In this document: positions 37,279-46,691 of the stretch, in pieces
Layout of the letters: the number at the start of each line of letters is the position of its first letter
Position numbering within the stretch: position 1 is the first letter of the stretch
IMG/VR virus record: IMGVR_UViG_3300029286_001711
Direction: 5' to 3' (one strand)
DNA length: 64,000 nucleotides
Source of the DNA: a virus
Taxonomy: Duplodnaviria; Caudoviricetes
Made by a program: the position numbers and the translations under genes
Notes under the pieces: generated by a model
Databases searched by the model: none
The model's input: the letters and a program-made list of their open reading frames with translations, nothing else
Told to the model about the DNA's origin: nothing

Positions 37279-38433
37279 CTATTGTTTTATTTGCTCCATT
37301 GTTATTCCAACCTTGTCAAATACAGTTTCAATCATCACTTTTGATACACAATAAGGGTCACAGTTAGCCGCTGGTCTTCTATCTTCAAAATAACCCCTCT
37401 CGTTGGTATAAGTAGCAACAGGTATACGAATACTCGAACCCCTATCACTATTACCAAAACTAAATTCTTCCATACTTGAAGTTTCGTGTCTACCTGTTAA
37501 ACGTTTTTCATTTTCAACACCATATACATCGATGTGTTCTTTGTGACGTTCTTTTAGTTTTTCACAAGCTTCAAGAATCTTTTTTAATCCACCTTTATCA
37601 CGCATTTCTTTTGTTGAAAAATTAACGTGACAACCACTACCGTTCCAATTACCTTCAACTGGTTTTGGACTGTAAGAAATACCGAACCCATGTTTTTCAA
37701 CAACTCTTTCAAGTATGTATCGTGAAAGCCATAACTGATCCGAACCGTTAAGTGCTGTAACAGGACCTATTTGGTACTCCCATTGAGCAATTAAAACTTC
37801 AGCATTAATACCACCAATCATTAAACCGATTTCAGCACATTTATGTAAATGTTCCTCAACTAATTCTCGTCCGATAACATTTAAACCACCCACACCACAA
37901 TAGTAGTCACCCTGTGGTCTTGGTTTACCATCTGGTCCTGGATTAAACCCTAACGGGATTCCACCACCATATTTAAAATGATTTGTTTTATCTGGAGCGT
38001 GTGTAAGTACATATTCTTGCTCCCATCCGAACCACGGAACTTCTTTTAAGTTCGCATCGTATTCTTTTAATTTGAGTTCATTAAGAAGGTCTCTTAATTT
38101 AGCTCTTGTATTTGATTTATGTGGGGTTTTACCATCTGGGTTGAATACCTCACAATAAACTAATTTATGTTGATTCCCTCTAAAAGGATCGTCTACAACA
38201 TAGACGGGTTTTAGTACACAATCTGTACCCTTAAAACCATACTTTTCTTCGTCTCCAGCTTGTTTAGTTGAACTGCCATCAAAACTCCATAACGGATAAG
38301 ATTCAGGATACCCTTGTTTAGGTTGCCCATCTGTTTCTAGGATATCAGTATTATCCACCACTTTAGTTTTAGACCTAATATTTTGTGGGATATTACCATC
38401 AAGCCAAATGTACTCTAAAAATACTTTACTCAT
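37279..38433 (-). CDS. glnII: Glutamine synthetase type II
   Basis: EYIWLDG, WSFDGSST, GWEQEY, QGDYYCG, INAEV..QWEYQ, WNGSGCH, RLTGRHET, RGSSIRIP, EDRRPAANCDPY. Confidence 0.95.
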   Translation of the reverse strand: MSKVFLEYIWLDGNIPQNIRSKTKVVDNTDILETDGQPKQGYPESYPLWSFDGSSTKQAGDEEKYGFKGTDCVLKPVYVVDDPFRGNQHKLVYCEVFNPDGKTPHKSNTRAKLRDLLNELKLKEYDANLKEVPWFGWEQEYVLTHAPDKTNHFKYGGGIPLGFNPGPDGKPRPQGDYYCGVGGLNVIGRELVEEHLHKCAEIGLMIGGINAEVLIAQWEYQIGPVTALNGSDQLWLSRYILERVVEKHGFGISYSPKPVEGNWNGSGCHVNFSTKEMRDKGGLKKILEACEKLKERHKEHIDVYGVENEKRLTGRHETSSMEEFSFGNSDRGSSIRIPVATYTNERGYFEDRRPAANCDPYCVSKVMIETVFDKVGITMEQIKQ

Positions 38434-38513
38434 AATTTTGCCATTTGTTAGAAATTATTATATAGTCAATTATACTAATTATAATTGATAGAGGAAACCC
38501 CTATCTTTAAACT

Positions 38514-38540
38514 AAAAGACCTCGTTTATCGAGGTCTTTA
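38514..38540 (-). terminator. Intrinsic terminator
   Basis: AAAGACCTCG-tttat-CGAGGTCTTT. Confidence 0.8.
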
Positions 38541-38545
38541 ATTTT

Positions 38546-38857
38546 TTACTGTACAGGTGATGTTGGTTCTTCTGGTGTGATAGGTTCCATTCCTAATCCC
38601 TCCTTAGATTTACGATACCCCAATAATCCAGCCCCAGTCATTATCGTACCAGTGGCGAATAATAGAACGTTAGCTGATTCTGGTGATTTTGTATATAATG
38701 AAGAGATTGCCCCCATTACACCTACAATACCACCAATGAATACTAGGTAAATACCACAAGTTCCTGAACCAGATGTTTTACCGTTATTATTACTTGTCAT
38801 TTGTGCAAAAGAAAATTTATTAATATCTATTTGCGTGATGTCTTTTAAGTTTGCCAT
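38546..38857 (-). CDS. Two-TM membrane protein (holin-like)
   Basis: Two hydrophobic helices (GIYLVFIGG..., ANVLLFATG...). Confidence 0.5.
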   Translation of the reverse strand: MANLKDITQIDINKFSFAQMTSNNNGKTSGSGTCGIYLVFIGGIVGVMGAISSLYTKSPESANVLLFATGTIMTGAGLLGYRKSKEGLGMEPITPEEPTSPVQ

Positions 38858-39198
38858 TAGAAAAATGTTTTAATTGCTACTATTATTGATAAAACAATTT
38901 GAATAAATGCTAATATTGCAACTGTTGCAGTCCAACGATTTTTTTGTTTATAAAGTTCATCTTTAGATTCTTTCATTTGGGTCGGTGACCAAACTTCATT
39001 AACCTTTTCTTGCCAAGCTTTAAGTTCGGATGTCAATTCCTTAGTGTTTTTTACATCACTAAGTTTATCGTTTATTTCTTTAAATCTTTCATCGAAATCA
39101 CTTCTAAGGTTCTCGTAGTTGTTGTTCATCCTATCGAGTTCCTTAAGAACTAATTTTGAGTATTCAGCCCAAAGAGATTTAAAATCACTATTTTCCAT
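38857..39198 (-). CDS. Coiled-coil protein with a C-terminal TM helix
   Basis: Heptad region followed by WTATVAILAFIQIVLSIIVAI. Confidence 0.65.
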   Translation of the reverse strand: MENSDFKSLWAEYSKLVLKELDRMNNNYENLRSDFDERFKEINDKLSDVKNTKELTSELKAWQEKVNEVWSPTQMKESKDELYKQKNRWTATVAILAFIQIVLSIIVAIKTFF

Positions 39199-39452
39199 TA
39201 TACCATTTGTTTTACACCCTCAAATACAGCAATAATTGATGTAAAGAGTGCTTCATAATTTTTTAGTTTAACCCTATCATTTTGTTCATGGGTTAAATTA
39301 TTTAACCCGTCATGAATTAAACCGTTAATTTTATCTGTTAATTCGTCATGATAAGGTATTGATTCTTCCATTTCAAAAATCTCTTTTTGTGACTCCATTT
39401 TGCCCACAATTTCACGTAATTTTTTTAAATTATCTGAATTTTTATTAACCAT
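39198..39452 (-). CDS. Hypothetical protein
   Basis: 84-aa ORF, translationally coupled. Confidence 0.65.
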   Translation of the reverse strand: MVNKNSDNLKKLREIVGKMESQKEIFEMEESIPYHDELTDKINGLIHDGLNNLTHEQNDRVKLKNYEALFTSIIAVFEGVKQMV

Positions 39453-39470
39453 TTAAAACTAAGTTTTAAT

Positions 39471-40292
39471 TTAATTTGTTAAACTATTTTTTAAGTTATA
39501 TACCTTTGTAATATTTTCTTTAAACGTATCTTCACTATACACTATGTTATAAACAACATCTTTAGCTTCCAATAATTTTGATTTAATATCTAAACTACCG
39601 CCATATTCTTTAAGTGCGTTATTAATTAAAACAATGGATTCTTTTACCATGGTTTTTAAAAAAGCCTCTTTTTCTTTATCATCTGTAGACATAATAGTTT
39701 TAATAACTTTTTTCTCCTCTTCTGATAGTGTTGAATATTTTTCGTTGTACTTATCTACAGCACTGTTTAAAAATTTGTTAGCGTCTACTGTTGGTTTTTT
39801 AGTACTTTCCAAAATTTCTTTAGGTGTGGTTAACCATTTTTTAACTACCTCAAAAGATTCATGAAGTGTGTTAAGTGTCTCAACCGATTTCTCTAATGTA
39901 ATTAGGTTGTTTATTGCCTCGTGAATGTTTTTAGGTTTATTTAATAACATAGTACTAGTTGATTGAAACATTTCACCTGGTACTAAATAACTTTTATAAA
40001 TAACATTTAATTTATCACCTAATTTAATATTTTCTTTAATAATATCTTTTTTATTAAAATTATCGAAAAGAGAAATGTTTTCTTTCAAATATTCAACAGC
40101 ACTAACCTCAGAAGGTAAATACCCGTTCTCAATATTTTTATAAACAACAAATTGTGCTTTAAGAATAGGGTTTTCAACTAAATTTTTTATAAAATTTTTG
40201 TAAATTTTTTTATCCTTACTATTTTTAGATTCCGTTATATAGGAATTCGCTAAAAATTTAGCGTATATATCTTTAATTGTTCCGAAATTCAT
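39471..40292 (-). CDS. Hypothetical head-module protein
   Basis: 273 aa directly downstream of portal; late element at 40307-40314. Confidence 0.7.
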   Translation of the reverse strand: MNFGTIKDIYAKFLANSYITESKNSKDKKIYKNFIKNLVENPILKAQFVVYKNIENGYLPSEVSAVEYLKENISLFDNFNKKDIIKENIKLGDKLNVIYKSYLVPGEMFQSTSTMLLNKPKNIHEAINNLITLEKSVETLNTLHESFEVVKKWLTTPKEILESTKKPTVDANKFLNSAVDKYNEKYSTLSEEEKKVIKTIMSTDDKEKEAFLKTMVKESIVLINNALKEYGGSLDIKSKLLEAKDVVYNIVYSEDTFKENITKVYNLKNSLTN

Positions 40293-40331
40293 AATTCTTT
40301 TTTTATATAAATATTATAATTTTATAGTAAG

Positions 40332-42266
40332 TTAAAATTCTTCTTCATCTTCTTTATCTTCATCACCGATTAGGTTTTTTATACCTTCAGTCATCATCAT
40401 AATATCTTCGTTTTTACGTCTACCTTCTAATAAAAGTTTATCAATTATGTTCTTATCCTGATTACGGAAACCCTCTCCGAATCCACCTGTTTCAGGTGTT
40501 CCAGCCTCAGGACCACCAACCTCTTCTCCGCCTAGACCAGCATCTTCTCCACCTAAACCAGCATCTTCTCCACCTAAACCAGCATCTTCATCTCCACCAA
40601 AATCGAGACCACCGCCTCCACCTCCGCCGAAACCTCCACCACCTAAATCCATTCCACCTTCATCTCCACCACCTTCTTCGGTACCAGCTGTTGCTTGTTC
40701 ACCACCACCAATTTCACCGTAAAGACTATCAACTCTATTAAAGAATCCAGTCTTTTTAATTATAGACGCGGTATTCTCTAATTCAGCTGATGCGGCCCTT
40801 TCCATTCTTTGTTGTTCAAGGTCAGTTTTAATATCCTCATCAGTCCAGTTAAAGATGTTTTTCTTCGCCCAAGTATGTGATGATGGAGCAATACCACCAT
40901 CAACTTGTGAAACTAAATCTTTATAAAGTAAAACTTTTTCTTTCCATTGTTCTACTTTCAACATCTCACCTTGAGTAGATGGGTTGGTTAGATTTAAAGT
41001 GAAATTATTTAAATCATCTGTAAAACCTAAAATATATAAATGAATAATAGCTAATTTATTCAATTCCTGAATCATTGATTGTTGAATACGGTTAATAGTT
41101 CTAGCAAAACGTATATCTAACAAGGCTAAATTTTTTCCGTCACCAGCTGCCTCATCAAAACCTAAGAATGGTTTTGGTACTCTAAGAGCTGTTAATAACT
41201 TTTTCTGAATATATTCAATGTCAGCAATTTGGTCCAAATTACTGGCACCCGCCAACGTTTCAATTGGGTTTGGTGCGTTTGGATCTCTAACGGGAACAAA
41301 ATAATCTTGGTCGACTGCTAACGTATTATAACGTAAATCAACCTGACCAGTTTTTTGGTCTACAACCTGATTTCTTTTGAATTTATTAGCTACTTTTTGT
41401 ACGTAAGCATCAACGTCTTTATCATCAATGTTACCCACATATATTTTAAATACACGTCTTTCTGGTGCTCTTACAACACGATAAACTAACATTGCATCTT
41501 CAGAAAGTAATAATTGTTTCCAAATTCTTCTTGCTTTCTCTAAAACGGAAGTACCGTACGGTAATCTTCTATCATCACCCAATAATCTAAAATGGGCAAC
41601 TTCCCATGGGTTAAAATCTAAACTTTTATCACGCCAGTGGAAGGTTACTTGTTTTTTCTTAGTTGTAGCTCCATCACTTTCTTTAGTTTGTTGTGGAAAC
41701 ATACCTTCTTCCTTACGTTCCATCTCAATATTAGTTAACTGAGATGAACCGATAATACCTCTAGAGTGGTCAATTTTTAAGAATACAAAATTATCACCAT
41801 ACTTACACGTATTACGAGTCCACATTGGTAAGTTAGTTTGAATATCTATAATATTATAAAATAAATCTTCTAATACGTTTTTAACTCTTTTTGAATTTGA
41901 TTGAATAGTTAAAACCTTCCCTTGTTCACTTGGTGTACAAGATTCTTCGGACATAATATCTAAAGCGGCAGCTATTTCTGGTGTAAATTCCATTGCCTCA
42001 TAATCCATATATGACGCAATTCTTGATGTTTCGTAATAGACGGCTTTTTGGTACAATTCACTATCAACCCTAGCCCATTGAGCTTCAAGATAGTTTTGTT
42101 GTTGTCCTTCTAATTTTTCCTTTTCATACTGTTGCTTAGAGTTAGTGGTGATTACATCACCGTCACCTAAAGTGTATTTAGGGGTTGTTCTTTGAACTGG
42201 TTTGTTTTGTCCAAACAAGTAGAAGAGTTTTTGATATACTGTTAAATCTTTATTATTATCTGCCAT
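40332..42266 (-). CDS. gp20: Portal protein, T4 gp20-like
   Basis: YMDYEAMEFTPEIAAALDI, EDAMLVYRVVRAPERRVFKIYVGN, QDYFVPVR, LLTALRVP; late element at 42298-42305. Confidence 0.96.
   Translation of the reverse strand: MADNNKDLTVYQKLFYLFGQNKPVQRTTPKYTLGDGDVITTNSKQQYEKEKLEGQQQNYLEAQWARVDSELYQKAVYYETSRIASYMDYEAMEFTPEIAAALDIMSEESCTPSEQGKVLTIQSNSKRVKNVLEDLFYNIIDIQTNLPMWTRNTCKYGDNFVFLKIDHSRGIIGSSQLTNIEMERKEEGMFPQQTKESDGATTKKKQVTFHWRDKSLDFNPWEVAHFRLLGDDRRLPYGTSVLEKARRIWKQLLLSEDAMLVYRVVRAPERRVFKIYVGNIDDKDVDAYVQKVANKFKRNQVVDQKTGQVDLRYNTLAVDQDYFVPVRDPNAPNPIETLAGASNLDQIADIEYIQKKLLTALRVPKPFLGFDEAAGDGKNLALLDIRFARTINRIQQSMIQELNKLAIIHLYILGFTDDLNNFTLNLTNPSTQGEMLKVEQWKEKVLLYKDLVSQVDGGIAPSSHTWAKKNIFNWTDEDIKTDLEQQRMERAASAELENTASIIKKTGFFNRVDSLYGEIGGGEQATAGTEEGGGDEGGMDLGGGGFGGGGGGGLDFGGDEDAGLGGEDAGLGGEDAGLGGEEVGGPEAGTPETGGFGEGFRNQDKNIIDKLLLEGRRKNEDIMMMTEGIKNLIGDEDKEDEEEF
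40521..40589 (-). repeat. About 3 tandem 21-nt repeats encoding GGEDAGL in the portal tail
   Basis: ccagcatcttctccacctaaa at 40537 and 40558, partial copy at 40579, variant at 40521. Confidence 0.9.
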
Positions 42267-42344
42267 TAATTTTTTTTCAAAACTTTGTTATTTACACATA
42301 AATATTCAAATTTAAAGGTAAGCTAACAAACTTAAATGTGAATG

Positions 42345-42581
42345 TTATACTACATAGTCGCAGTCGACATAGGCCAAATGATCACCGTTAGTTAAAATAT
42401 TATACACATAAGTGGTAATATTATCTATGTAACCGTTACATCCTATTAGTCCTTTTTGGGTTTCACTTTTTTTTTGAAAAGGTGTTGGACTCCATTGATA
42501 ATTCATTGGACCAGCACCCCTTCTAACGTTTTTCGAATTAGGAAATGGGTTATTTTGTGATGTTCTTGTACTTTTAGCCAT
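42345..42581 (-). CDS. Small hypothetical protein between terminase and portal
   Basis: 78-aa ORF, coupled to terminase. Confidence 0.7.
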   Translation of the reverse strand: MAKSTRTSQNNPFPNSKNVRRGAGPMNYQWSPTPFQKKSETQKGLIGCNGYIDNITTYVYNILTNGDHLAYVDCDYVV

Positions 42582-42584
42582 TTA

Positions 42585-44408
42585 TTATTTTCTTACTATT
42601 TTTTTATTTTTTTCTTTATCCTTAAACCCACTAAGTCCCATAAAAACCCAGTTATGTTCTGATGTTGCTGTTTGAACGTGTCTAGCAAGTTCACCACTGT
42701 TTAAAAGACCGTTATATTCGGTTGTATTTAACTGACCTATAGATTCACTAGTTGTAGTTGATACAACCCAAGAGTCTAACATTGCTTTAGCTTGACCCTT
42801 ACTTTTTTCTAAATCCTTAAAAGAAGTTTGACTAACGAAACAACACATCGCAATGCCCATTAAAAGGTCATCATGATACCCTTTCATATGGTCTGGTCTT
42901 CCGTTTTTAAATACGAAAGTATCCATCTCAGCAAGTGCTCTAATAGACCTAACTTTAAATGAATCTAAACGAACAGCCTCCTCAAGTTTGGTTATGATTG
43001 TATTTCTATTTTTTTGGAAGTTAAGACCTGGTAATTTACCATCTCTCATATGTTTTTCCAATGTCTTATTGTTTGTTACTGAATCAATACCTATTACCAC
43101 ATCGTAGTACATTTTTTTTGATGAGTAACCAAGTTCAATCATTTTTAACACCGATGAAACACCGTAACCACCAGTGATATCGACAACAACAAAGGCTTCA
43201 TACCTGTTACCATACTCTGTGGCAATCTCACCTAAAATATCTGGTGCAATTTTACCGTGATATTCAGCAACCTGATGTCCTGTTGTAAAATCCATAATAC
43301 AGATAGTACCAAAGTCATCTGCAGAACCCGACGCAGCATCAACAGCCATAATATATTCATGACCGAGAATTGGATCTTCCCAAATCCACATACCATTATC
43401 CAACCATTCAGTTCTGATAGGGTCTTTAACGTTATTTTTTCTGTGGTAATCAATATATTTGTGGTTGATAACGTTGTCACCTGAACCGTTAAATGCACAC
43501 AATAGTTCTTGTGCAATCATTCTGGCGTTGTTATTTAACTGACCACACATCATCTCAAACCAAGGTGATGTTGGTGTCCAACCTTCATTTTCTAATCGTT
43601 CAAATTGAGTGAAATCCATCTCAACCATCTCATCAATAACCTCATCAGCCTCATTCTTTTTCTGCCATTTCATACCTTTGTTATAACGAGGATCTTGAAA
43701 CCATCTCATTTCAACAATATTAAATGGGTTATTGGTTTTTTCTTTTGTTGTGGCCGCCATATACGTTTTATAGTATAAAGGATCCATACCATTTGGTGTA
43801 CTAATTAAAATCGCCCTACCACCTGTAGAAAGGGCTGGTTGAGCTGCGGAGTAAACTTCTTCACCTCCTTCAATGTAAGCTGCCTCATCCATCACAAGTA
43901 GTGTTGGTGTGTAACCACGTAAGGCATCCATTGAAGTAGCTACGGCTTTTACCTCAGAACCGTTCTTTAATCTATAATGTTTTTGTGAATTTTTTTCTAC
44001 ATCAAACCAAGAGGTATCGTTACCAGTTGCCCACACATTCATCCAGTCGGGAAGTTGAGCGGTAAAATCTTTAACTTTTTTAAGGAATTCAATAGCTGTT
44101 TCTTGTTTGTTTGCCAAAATAAGTACCCTTTGTGGGTTATTTGGGTCAGCTAAAGCCGTCATAACGGCGATATAAGCCGCAGTTGTGGTTGATACACCCG
44201 CCTGACGTGGTTTCATCACAATATTAAAACGATTGTCTTTATACGCCTTAATTAATTCTTTCTGTTTAGGGAATAATTTGAAATTAACGAAACTCTTTTG
44301 TGTTTGGTCAAATGTTGTAAGGTAACCCTCAATTGCGTGAGCAGGATCTTTAATACATTTACCTATCTCTAGAAGTTTCTGACCCTTATTTTGTGGAATT
44401 GTAGACAT
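42585..44408 (-). CDS. gp17: Terminase large subunit, T4 gp17-like
   Basis: KPRQAGVST (Walker A), LLVMDEAA (Walker B), ISTPNG, AVDAASG, HDDLLMG; late element at 44431-44438. Confidence 0.96.
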   Translation of the reverse strand: MSTIPQNKGQKLLEIGKCIKDPAHAIEGYLTTFDQTQKSFVNFKLFPKQKELIKAYKDNRFNIVMKPRQAGVSTTTAAYIAVMTALADPNNPQRVLILANKQETAIEFLKKVKDFTAQLPDWMNVWATGNDTSWFDVEKNSQKHYRLKNGSEVKAVATSMDALRGYTPTLLVMDEAAYIEGGEEVYSAAQPALSTGGRAILISTPNGMDPLYYKTYMAATTKEKTNNPFNIVEMRWFQDPRYNKGMKWQKKNEADEVIDEMVEMDFTQFERLENEGWTPTSPWFEMMCGQLNNNARMIAQELLCAFNGSGDNVINHKYIDYHRKNNVKDPIRTEWLDNGMWIWEDPILGHEYIMAVDAASGSADDFGTICIMDFTTGHQVAEYHGKIAPDILGEIATEYGNRYEAFVVVDITGGYGVSSVLKMIELGYSSKKMYYDVVIGIDSVTNNKTLEKHMRDGKLPGLNFQKNRNTIITKLEEAVRLDSFKVRSIRALAEMDTFVFKNGRPDHMKGYHDDLLMGIAMCCFVSQTSFKDLEKSKGQAKAMLDSWVVSTTTSESIGQLNTTEYNGLLNSGELARHVQTATSEHNWVFMGLSGFKDKEKNKKIVRK

Positions 44409-44468
44409 AAAAATGGTGTTCCTTTATTATATAAATATTAAGAAACATCATTTAATTCTATCAGCAAT

Positions 44469-44550
44469 AAAAAACCCATCTGGAGCGAACAGATGGGTTT
44501 AATTGGGAGCTTTCATCCCACATAACTACCGCGGTCCTAAATCGTGGTAA
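44469..44550 (-). other. Three consecutive hairpins ending in an intrinsic terminator (candidate structured RNA)
   Basis: TACCACG/CGCGGTA (loop ATTTAGGAC), TGGGA/TCCCA, then AAACCCATCTG/CAGATGGGTTT + U-run. Confidence 0.6.
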
Positions 44551-44555
44551 TATTT

Positions 44556-46268
44556 TTAGTACTTTCTATTTAAAATATCTGTTAGACCTCTAACAGAATC
44601 AAAATCACCAGCATCAAGAGCTTGGTCGATAGCGTCTGTTAATTCTTCTTCAGACCAATTTTCTGGGTCATTATCTTCATCTTCACCGTCTTCAGATTCT
44701 GGTTCATCTTTTCCACCTAGAAGACCTTTTAATAGTTCGTCTTCATCTTCATCCTCTGGACCTTCTGGACCTTCTGGATTTTCTCCACCACCTTGGTCAC
44801 TAAATTGACCTAAAGCTGAATCAACATCATAGTCGTTTTGTTCTTTACGAACATCATCAGCCATTTCTCTAACGGCTCTTTTAGCTTCTTCAGAATCATT
44901 TAATAAACCCTGTACTATGCCGTTAAATTCAGCTGGTGGTAACGTTGATAATCTATTGAAAATATGGCTCTTGTATGGTAAATCGTCAGCGTTAAGTGAC
45001 TCCATAAATTTCTCCCAAATTTTTGGCCCTAGTCTAATATCCCAAGGTTCTGATTCAAGATTATCTGTTTTATCTAAAACGTAATCTCTAGTTTCTTTAT
45101 CGGCGTCAAGACCATGTAATGACATTAATTCTAACACACCTTTAGTAAGTTCGTGTAATAGGAACGGGAATGTCATACCTTGTGCGATGATTTTAGGTTT
45201 TGGACCTGAAAGGTCGACTCTAACCTGACCCGCGTGGGTACCATGTTCACTTTCTTGTGCGATTGTATCGTCATTCATAGCCCAATACATGAAATCATTA
45301 CCAGCCATAATTTTACTGTAATTATTAGCTAGATTTGGGTCTATTCTATTTAATTCATCTTGTGCTAAGTGATACATGTATTGTCCCTTACGAGCTGCAC
45401 CATGCATCATAGCGTTCATTAACCTACGTTTTGTAACGTTAGGTTTAAGTTCTTCTTCAGATTTTCCTTGAGGTGGTCTTTTATTACCCTTCTTCATTTT
45501 TAAACCTGTTTTATGTATAGGGTTTTGACCCATAATTCTAACTTCAAAATCTACCGCATCCTCTGGGATGTCATACTCTGAACGAACCAACTCTACAGCC
45601 AATCTTTCAAGTTCTGCTCTGTGTCTATCCTCTATTGGTAGAACATTTGTTAATCCTTGAAATAATGTTCTCTGTGCAGAATCAAGATTTACTTGACCAC
45701 GCCCTCCCATTTTAGCTTGAAGATTTGCCTTAACATCATTGACGATGTTGTCAGCCATTCTTTTCACTGTTTCTGGGTCTAAATGTTTTGCATAGTCATT
45801 TTCACCACTGTCAATCTTATTCTTTAAATCATCGTTCATGTCTTCTTTTAATAATCGGTTAAAAATATTTTCAATTAATTCTCTTTTTTTCATCCTAGCT
45901 GGTTCGTTAGATTCAACCATTCTAAGAATTTGTTCTTTAGTTAAATTACCTATTTGTTTGGTAACGTCATCAATTTGTTTGTCAACGTTTTTCATTTCTT
46001 CTCTATTAGCTCTAGCCTCTTCAGTATTCTTTTGAGAAGCGTTGGTATTCATTTGTTGGTCATACCTTTTTGCTCTATCAGTCATACCTGAAGGTAACGA
46101 CGCTAATTTCTTAGCGTTATCAGCCATGGATTGTGATTTTTTCACACCATTTTGGGTTCCCTCTTTCTCTTTAGTTAAATTTTGTAATTTAAGTTCTAAC
46201 TGTTTTTGTTGGTCTAGACCACTTGTGTCTTCCTCATTTACAAATTTACTAATTTTTTTATTAGTCAT
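44556..46268 (-). CDS. Large hypothetical, putative head-associated protein
   Basis: 570 aa; FVNEED, MVESN and RLLKED motifs; acidic tail. Confidence 0.7.
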   Translation of the reverse strand: MTNKKISKFVNEEDTSGLDQQKQLELKLQNLTKEKEGTQNGVKKSQSMADNAKKLASLPSGMTDRAKRYDQQMNTNASQKNTEEARANREEMKNVDKQIDDVTKQIGNLTKEQILRMVESNEPARMKKRELIENIFNRLLKEDMNDDLKNKIDSGENDYAKHLDPETVKRMADNIVNDVKANLQAKMGGRGQVNLDSAQRTLFQGLTNVLPIEDRHRAELERLAVELVRSEYDIPEDAVDFEVRIMGQNPIHKTGLKMKKGNKRPPQGKSEEELKPNVTKRRLMNAMMHGAARKGQYMYHLAQDELNRIDPNLANNYSKIMAGNDFMYWAMNDDTIAQESEHGTHAGQVRVDLSGPKPKIIAQGMTFPFLLHELTKGVLELMSLHGLDADKETRDYVLDKTDNLESEPWDIRLGPKIWEKFMESLNADDLPYKSHIFNRLSTLPPAEFNGIVQGLLNDSEEAKRAVREMADDVRKEQNDYDVDSALGQFSDQGGGENPEGPEGPEDEDEDELLKGLLGGKDEPESEDGEDEDNDPENWSEEELTDAIDQALDAGDFDSVRGLTDILNRKY

Positions 46269-46269
46269 T

Positions 46270-46689
46270 TTAATTTTTCACTTTAGTTTCATTATAATTT
46301 AGGACTAAGTCCATCGAATATAATTTATTTTCTATTGACTCTTTTGATTCACCGAATCTAAAAACAATCCTTTCTTCTGGGTAATCTTCATCACTATCTT
46401 CCAATTTCTCCCAACCTAAAGCTATAATACCTTCAACAGCGTTATAAATTTGAAATACTCCAGAGTTTTGGACTAATTCTAAGTCTAAATCTTCAGTCTT
46501 CAAGTTACCTACAAGTTTAATGTAATTAGGTTCAGGAGTCAAATCATTCTTATCTGTAACAACAGAAGATTCATACCAACTTTCATCCCAATCCCAATCA
46601 GTTCTATCCGAAAAGAGGAACTCAAAAATGTGTTCCCCTTTGTGGTTTGTACCAATTTTATTAATATATATTAGGAATAACTCTTTCAT
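46270..46689 (-). CDS. Hypothetical protein
   Basis: 139-aa ORF. Confidence 0.7.
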   Translation of the reverse strand: MKELFLIYINKIGTNHKGEHIFEFLFSDRTDWDWDESWYESSVVTDKNDLTPEPNYIKLVGNLKTEDLDLELVQNSGVFQIYNAVEGIIALGWEKLEDSDEDYPEERIVFRFGESKESIENKLYSMDLVLNYNETKVKN

Positions 46690-46691
46690 TA

